From the NCBI GenBank assembly GCA_951406725.2, contig OX597817.1, forward strand, positions 84,134,001 to 84,198,000: a DNA stretch of 64,000 nucleotides, read 5' to 3'. A model generated the notes under the pieces. The model did no database searches. It was not told where the DNA came from and saw only the letters and a list, made by a program, of their open reading frames with translations. The position numbers and the translations under genes were made by a program. Each line of letters begins with the position of its first letter. Position 1 is the first letter of the stretch. The stretch is from Octopus vulgaris (Eukaryota). Shown here one piece after another: positions 53,831 to 64,000 of the stretch.

Positions 53831-55599
53831 ACAATGTGTGTTATTAATGTACCAGCTTTTCATTTCATGTCTACTAAAGTGGTATGTTCTTATCAAGTCT
53901 CGAGGGACGAGTTAGTAATTGAGACGAGTATAATGGGACGAGTTATAATAATTCAGGAAATAATGAAAAAAAGTTAAATTAAACATAATTCAAGCAAATT
54001 ATTCTTTTATCTTTGTTATTTAGAAATTTGGAGGCTTTCATACACTGAAGAGAACCTTGATCAATTTGTAAAAGTATACATGGTTCATAGATCAGGACAT
54101 ATGAAAGCATCTGTCTGGTCTTTAAGACTGAGAATTAAGTGAGGAGTTAAGCGGAGCTGGTGATTCATACGCCTGTCCACAGTCTTGCAGTGCTGTTCAT
54201 GGGAAAAGGAATACGAGACAAGGTTCACAAGGGCATCCAGAAGCTGCCCCTTCCTGATGACAACAAACTCTCCTAGAATTATACATCGTTGTGGGAATAA
54301 ATAAGGGGTGAATCAAAGGGACGGGACTGTACAGAAAAGAAAACTGAATTGCTGCACGTATGGTAGTAAAGATCTCTTCAGGGCTTTATGTCGACAACAC
54401 AAGAGGAAGAAAGCAACAGCAGAAACCTCAGTAAGAAGAACAGCATACATTAGAGGTGAAAAGCCATCGTTGCTTCTATCATTGATACTTAAGTACCAAC
54501 GATTGTAGCTCCGAGAATAGCTAAAGTGGAATTAAATAAAATGGCATCTTGTCTTCAGTGCTGCCAGCAAAGAAATAGCAGAGACAAGAGCAACACTAAC
54601 AGGACACTGAAGCTGATAGTCATAGGGTACCATCATTCGGAACTTCGGGAATGGTGGAAAAGATCACTAGTCCTCCGAAAAAATATATTTTCGCTTTGGA
54701 TACTCTTTCAAGAAGGGACTCTTATTGAGCGTCTTGTTACAGAACAGAGGCGTTATCTTATTTTCAATATTTTCACTATATTTTACTGTTTAGGGTTAAA
54801 ATGGTTGCTTTTTTTATCTGAGATCCAAACCTAAGAGAAATTATATCGAATAAAGTCAAACAACTAACAAACAAAATTTAAAATTCTAAATAAAAAGAGA
54901 AAATGAACGCATAAATGAGCAAAATAAACGACAGAAATGAAATAATAGCATTTCCTTCCACAAAACAGCATAGCATACCAGAAAACAATTTCGACAACAC
55001 ATTTAACAACTACAATTATAATTACAAAAACAACAACCACAGACATATACGTGACTTCTCATATTCATTAGCTAACATTCTTTCGAGCAAAAAACGTTGA
55101 ATATAGAAAATTTTGCTCAAAGAAATAAAACGTGACATTTTGTCCGCAAAACTGGCGCTAGCCGCCCACGGTTCATGACAGGCGCAGTGCGTAAGAAGAA
55201 AAACGCAACAAGTCTGTGTTTTGCCAAAGCCACGGGGTATTTCCTTATTCCATCCGAGGAATAACTGGAAACAACTCTGTGAGGTACTCTAAATGAGATC
55301 TTCATTGGGAGAAGGCTGTAGGACTCTGCATTTTCTTTAAGCTGATACAACGAACACAAGGAGCTCCGCCTAGGACATCGGTGATGTGGTTGAACCCTGG
55401 CTTGCACACCTTCCTGCTGCAATATGGTTAAGAAATCAGTTCAGACGTAATTTTCGGGGATATGTAGTTGGGTGAAGTTACTCTGGACAGAAAAGTCCGC
55501 GTAATCTTGCAAGACCACAAAACGATTGTACTCTGAAGAGGGTGATGAAAGAAAGGCTTTAAAAATTCACTATGCCATCACTTTAAAAGTTTTCCGTTC

Positions 55600-56446
55600 A
55601 GAAATTTTGAACACAACAATAACAAATCTTGTTATAGTTGACAGTACCTTGAAAGGAAAATAGTCCTATTAAACTTCTAGATGACACAACACACCAGACT
55701 TTGACACCCGGTAAATTGACTGCCTTGTCCACAGGCACGTGGGTATTTTCTGATAACCAGTAAACACAATTATGTCGGTTCACTGTTCCATTTAGCTTAA
55801 ATTTTGTCTGCTCATTTTTCTCACCAGCTCTTCATCCCCGCCTACCATGTTTTGAACCACTCACAAAATTGGATCGTCTTCATTAATTGCATGTAATAAT
55901 CTTGGGATGTAGCTATTCTAAGGATGTATCGCTTGCTTGTACTGATTACTCCTGTTTTACATACATATTGTGTGGTAGACTTGTGTGGTGAATGTGTAAG
56001 CTGTTTCAACACTATAGCTGAAGAAGCAGCACTTGTTGCTGTACGAGATCTGCCGGATTTTCCTTTATGCACATCACACACGGTACTATGAGCTTCGAAC
56101 TTATGAATCCGTGGAATTGTCAAACGTGTTGAAGATGTTCCAAAGTCACGACTCAACTGCCTTTGGACTTCAACGACATTCTCAAATTTGAAATACCACC
56201 TTAAAATAATCTTTAGTTCCTCAAACGATAATTGTACGTCCTCCATGTTGTAGGCGTCATTTGTTGATGCTACAGTCATGAGAGTAACGCCATATGTTGA
56301 GAAAATATCGTTCGGCAGTAAACAGTGTTATCACAATTTGATAAAATATCGAAAGTGGTATTTATATTTACACAGGTACTTATACAAGTTAAATATTTAT
56401 ACAGAATTTTCCTTTCTTGAAGTGTCTATGCATTTTGGGGGTGGAT

Positions 56447-56450
<4 letters not shown>
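55600..56450 (-). mobile_element. Tc1/mariner-superfamily transposase remnant (DUF4817-like HTH N-terminus)
   Basis: LSFEE-K-IL-WYFKFENV-EVQRQ...TI-RI-KFE---TV-D--K--SGR-RT; [13 protein letters not shown]; V-VWC-SS--LIG-F-F-GTVN; a 5' piece recurs at 57912-58015. Confidence 0.85.
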
Positions 56451-56524
<74 letters not shown>

Positions 56525-56745
56525 CATAGTTATAGTAACATATATATATATTTATACATAGTTATAGTAAGAACGTAGCAGAATACAGTATAAAGCTCGT
56601 CTACCGTCAGGTTTCACCCTGTGCTATCCAATACTAGTATTATACGTACTTCCAGGCTTGCGTTTGGGCATCTGTCGTGGGTGAATAGATAACTTTAAAA
56701 AATTGGAATCAACAAGAAGGAGTACGGTTGAACATTTATGTTTCA

Positions 56746-56851
56746 ATCACTACAATTGTTTCTACGCAACGTAGTTCTCCAGGCGTGCAGGTACTTGACT
56801 ATGCAACCGTTTCCCTGCATTATGAGATCAAGTTGTGTTTCCTCAGGCGAT
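56746..56851 (-). ncRNA. Penelope-type hammerhead motif with a long stem II insert
   Basis: Reverse complement: ATCGC-CTGAGGA-AACACAAC...GTTGCGTA-GAAA-CAATTG-TA-GTGAT; palindromic stem III. Confidence 0.7.
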
Positions 56852-57254
56852 ATGTAAATATTGTCTCCGTAAATTTAAATTCTCGGCTTCATGAACATAC
56901 TCTCTGTCTTAGTAGTTCTGTTTATCGAGGTGTGTTGTTGCTGAAGGACCGTTAGCAAACTGCTTTGAATGTGGAGATGTAATGGGATGGCGAGTTAAAG
57001 TGGTTGCCATTTTAAATGGATTGGTATTTGATTTCTTTGTACTATTAATTTTTTCTTCATGGTTGGTTGCACATGCAATTGTCCTCAGCTGACCTTTAAG
57101 ATTTGGTCTATATGTGTGCATACATAATCGTTCACATATGCATCTATATACATACTAGCGCTCGGACACATACACACACGCACAGACATGCATACAAACA
57201 TATGTGTGCGTGTATATATATATGTATATGCATATATATATGTATATGTATAAG

Positions 57255-57290
<36 letters not shown>

Positions 57291-57293
57291 TAT

Positions 57294-57423
57294 ATTTATT
57301 TTATAGAAGGAGTTCTACAGGACTAGAACTGTTTCATTCAAATGAAATCATCAGGAAGCTCCTGATGATTTCATATGAATGAAACAGTTCTAGTCCTGTA
57401 GAAGCTCCTTCTATAAAATAAAT
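57294..57423. ncRNA. ~130-bp palindrome carrying a hammerhead core on each strand (Penelope-like inverted terminal repeat) in a TA tract
   Basis: Plus strand: AGCTC-CTGATGA-TTTCATATGAAT-GAAA-CAG...CTG-TA-GAAGCT (57357-57406); the left arm is its reverse complement. Confidence 0.8.
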
Positions 57424-57488
57424 TAATTTACTCTGCTATGTATTGAGTACCTTATTTACTGTGGTTGACCCCGACTCAACCCGGGACC

Positions 57489-57524
<36 letters not shown>

Positions 57525-57528
<4 letters not shown>

Positions 57529-58385
57529 GACACTCTTACACTAGTGCATGCTACTTTCGTTAGCAGTGAAAACTAGTCTCCTCAAATTTCAAGCTTTTTT
57601 CTTAGGAATTTTGCAGAATGCAGGCTGATACTTTCCTGCAGGTTGACAATGTGAGCTTCAATTTCAGTCTCTTTAGTCTTCTTTTAGGTAACGTTACGGG
57701 TATTGTACCAAGTGCATCATTTACTACAGGAATATGTGATGACGTAATCTACCGCTCTCTAGCTAGATCCTGGTATATCTCAATTTTTTTCATTCCTTTG
57801 TAGAGGATTGCAAAATCTATGCTCTTGCACAGTTTATTTTGTCTTCTATAATCACTTCTAGTATTTTTGCCTCAATAGCATGGTCAGTCTTAATAATGAA
57901 ATCCCACAAATTTGAAATACCACTCTAAAATAATCTTACGTTCCTCAAACGATAATAGTACGTCCTCTGTGTTGTAGGCGTCACTTGTCGATGCTACAGC
58001 CATGAGGGTAACGCTATCTTGTAATTCTCACTTTCTATTACATATGTGTTCTCTGATATGCGTTCATGCCGCTTTTCTGTAGTTTTAAAGCCACACACAC
58101 ACAACGAACATCGTAATGCACTCTCTTGCCTACAGAGTCATGTCTGCGCTTGTATATTTTTTGTGATAATATACTGTACTCACTCAAAATGTGATTGTTA
58201 CTTTCGTCTCCTTTTCTGCAGATTCTACATTTGCTGTCTGACTGATACTTGTCGATCTTTACTTTTATTATATTTGTTCCTAGCTGGCTATAGTTAACAT
58301 TCCTCTTTCTCGTTTGAAGTTCCCGTCTGCCACTCAAAGCCAGTGAGCTTCATTTCCAACATTCTCAGTTTGTTGCATGGATAGG
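57525..58385 (-). mobile_element. Old decayed Dong-like 3' region with an embedded Tc1-like fragment
   Basis: SKCRIC-K-DES-NHILSE, YKRRHD-V, LWDF-IKTDH-IEA and YQDLARE. Confidence 0.7.
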
Positions 58386-58586
58386 TCATGAAGTATTATT
58401 TCTTTCCTATTGTTTCAGTCACTTTTGTGGAATATTTGGTTGCCGAAAGTATTTTTTATTCTGAGCAACATAATTTTTCAGAGCCAGTATCGCAGCACCA
58501 ACAGTGTCTTCCGCGTTTCGTAATCCTTTACTACCATCCAAGAATCGTTCAGAATCATCATCAGCAGCAGCAGCAGCAACAGCAGC

Positions 58587-61410
<2,824 letters not shown>

Positions 61411-62291
61411 GTCATCGCTATCATTATTATTTAATGTCGACTTTCTTCCTCTATTATGTCGCTATAGAGGATTTAATTAATTACTTGATCGTATCAGCTA
61501 TTAGAGTTAGCCATCACTTAGAGATAAGGCAGTACAGGTCACATAGAAACCCTATCAACTTTTATTTTCCCCAACTAGCTATACTCCTCTATCCAATTAC
61601 CTATAACCATCTAGGTGCACTGGGTCATTCGAGAATAAACTGTCTTGGTTCATAAAGGTAAACATCTACTATATTTTATTGTTGATAAGTTTCAATAGCA
61701 AAAGCAGATATGCATCACTCCAAATCACAAAGATAACTAAAACCAAGATAGCGATAAAATATTAGATATATGAAAGCACCATTACCTTTCTGTCTAACTT
61801 TCCTTGCACCACAGGAATGGCCGGGCAAATTACGATTGGTTTTCCTTCCACACCCTTCATAAATTGCCCACTTCCCAATTAATATTTAGAATATCATTGT
61901 CATATGATCGTTAACGATTCCAAAATTTTGGATCGCATTATTTTCAATTCTTCATTCATTCAAAATGTTTAATGAAACAAATAAAAAAAATGTCTTCTTA
62001 GACTAGTTGTCCATCTGATTCAGATATTGAAATATAAAACATGTCTTCTATACGTTGATGTTTATCTAGATCGAGTTGTTTCTAATGAGAACAAAACTAA
62101 AATGAATAAAGGAAATAAAAGAAAGCAAAATTGCTGTAAAGAATTCTTGCTTCGTCACAAGACAGGATATTATTTAAAGCACAAAATAGAAAAGAAAATC
62201 TATTGTATTTTGCCCTATATTTTACTGGAATCTGTGTATTGTGTAAGGACATGTTTTAGCGATTTTCAATAAAATCGTATAACTGAGGTAT

Positions 62292-62341
<50 letters not shown>

Positions 62342-62728
62342 TCTTGCTTATATTGATAGTTAGCGAGCAAGAATCGTAGCATGTTATACATTTTCTTAAT
62401 AAATGACGTCCGTTTAACTGTGAGTTCGATCCCCATCAACAGCAGTGATCCGTTTTATCACATTTCAGAATCCATAAATTAAGTACCCTGCTGAGTACAA
62501 ATTAAGTATTAATTGAATCAGATGCTCTGTTTCATCCCTTCCTCACACCCTTCTTTCAAATATCTGCATCCTTATAGTATTGTATATCTGCATATCATGA
62601 AGGGCCATTTACATTAGTTTCCACTCTTGCTTTTAGTAATACCAGTGAAATACTGCGGTCCATTCCATCGACTGTATGATCTCCCTATAACTTATAAACC
62701 TGTTGTCCTAATCTGCGAACATGGAAAT

Positions 62729-62807
<79 letters not shown>

Positions 62808-62809
<2 letters not shown>

Positions 62810-63207
62810 AGTGGCTGTGTGTTAAGTAGCTTGTTTACCAACCGCATGGTTCCGGGTTCAGTCCCACTGCGTGGCACCATGGGCAAGTGTCTTCTACTAT
62901 AGCCTCGGGCCGACCAAAGCCTTGTGAGTGGATTTGGTAGACGGAAACTGAAAGAAGCCTGTCGTATATATGTATATATATGTATATGTATGTGTGTGTT
63001 TGTGTGTCTGTGTTTGTCCCCCTAGCATTGCTTGACAACCGATCCTGGTGTGTTTACGTCCCCGTTACTTAGCGGTTCGGCAAAAGAGACCGATAGAATA
63101 AGTACTGGGCTTACAAAGAATAAGTCCCGGGGTCGATTTGCTCGACTAAAGGCGGTGCTCCAGCATGGCCGCAGTCAAATGACTGAAACAAATAAAAGAG
63201 TAAAGAG
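62808..63207 (+). mobile_element. Near full-length SINE family 1
   Basis: Colinear with 29932-30335. Confidence 0.92.
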
Positions 63208-64000
63208 TAATGTATATATATATATATATATATAATATAAATTAGAGAAAGAGACAAAGCAATTGAATATGCGTATGTGTGTATGTGTATATATCTATAT
63301 ATATATTTATATATATATGTATATATATATGCCTATGCATGCATTTACGCGTGTATATATATATGTGTGTGTTTGTTTGTATATATATATATATACATGC
63401 ATATATATGCATGTTCATATGTGATACATCTAAATACATTCTGCATATATATATATATATATATATACATACACACACATATACATATATACGTACAGAC
63501 AAATACAGACGCATACGCACGCATGTATGTGTGTGTGTGTCATATACATACACACGCCTCACTCCCACCCACCCCCAGACACACACATATTCGTGCACAT
63601 ATTCCGACAGGTAAAAACAGCATCCAGTTGCTTTGTTTTGCAAAAAAAAAATGAAAAAAGAAAAAAAAGCGGAAAGCAAAATGCACCTTGTTGTATAAGT
63701 AAAATCTCTGTAATTAATATATTATTTCGAGAAGAGTATTGCAACTGTTTAGACAACGTCCTTTTTCGAGAAAGAGAGTTGGTTCGTTATTTCTGAGTAG
63801 AAAACAGGACGATTAGGAAGAGAGAAAGAGCAACATGTTATTAAAGGTAATTGGAGTTGGGAAGAATTTACGTAAGAAGAATGAGGATGAGACAAAATCT
63901 ATATGGAAGTGGGATGGTAAAGTAGAATGGAATATTCAGTAAGTAATCGACCGGAGGATTCATCTATCTATAAGCAAGATGAGCCATCAAGCTGGGGAGA

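Noticed and set aside
54130-55500. Moderately GC-rich stretches with 60-100 aa ORFs as possible exons
   Set aside because: No recognisable domain or consistent splice pattern; may be a decayed transposon, but I cannot support a call.
63690-63770. TCGAAA inside a loose hairpin on the minus strand, resembling the rearranged hammerhead layout
   Set aside because: No CTGANGA segment was found nearby.

Overview
AT-rich, microsatellite-saturated eukaryotic non-genic or intronic DNA. The SINE and LINE complement suggests a cephalopod such as Octopus (inference). I found no credible host-gene exon, and most listed ORFs are microsatellite read-through. From about 14 to 61 kb the window is a nest of R4/Dong-type non-LTR retrotransposons (RT, CCHC knuckle, restriction-like endonuclease) from about 8 sequence-distinct families, mostly lodged in (TAA)n tracts with one polarity. 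Six full-length copies of a ~553-nt non-coding element sit in the same tracts. That element and most Dong 3' UTRs share a small RNA motif (stem, YUAG-like bulge, hairpin with NGGNN loop), suggesting a non-autonomous partner and a common recognition signal. (TA)n tracts instead hold Penelope-like remnants with hammerhead ribozyme cores, including one whose core segments are in a non-circularly permuted order (1954-2038) and a palindromic double hammerhead (57294-57423). Also present are two tRNA-derived SINE families, RTE, CR1-like and Tx1-like LINE fragments, and Tc1/mariner remnants. Family letters A-H are my own labels, and all alignments and folds were done by eye.
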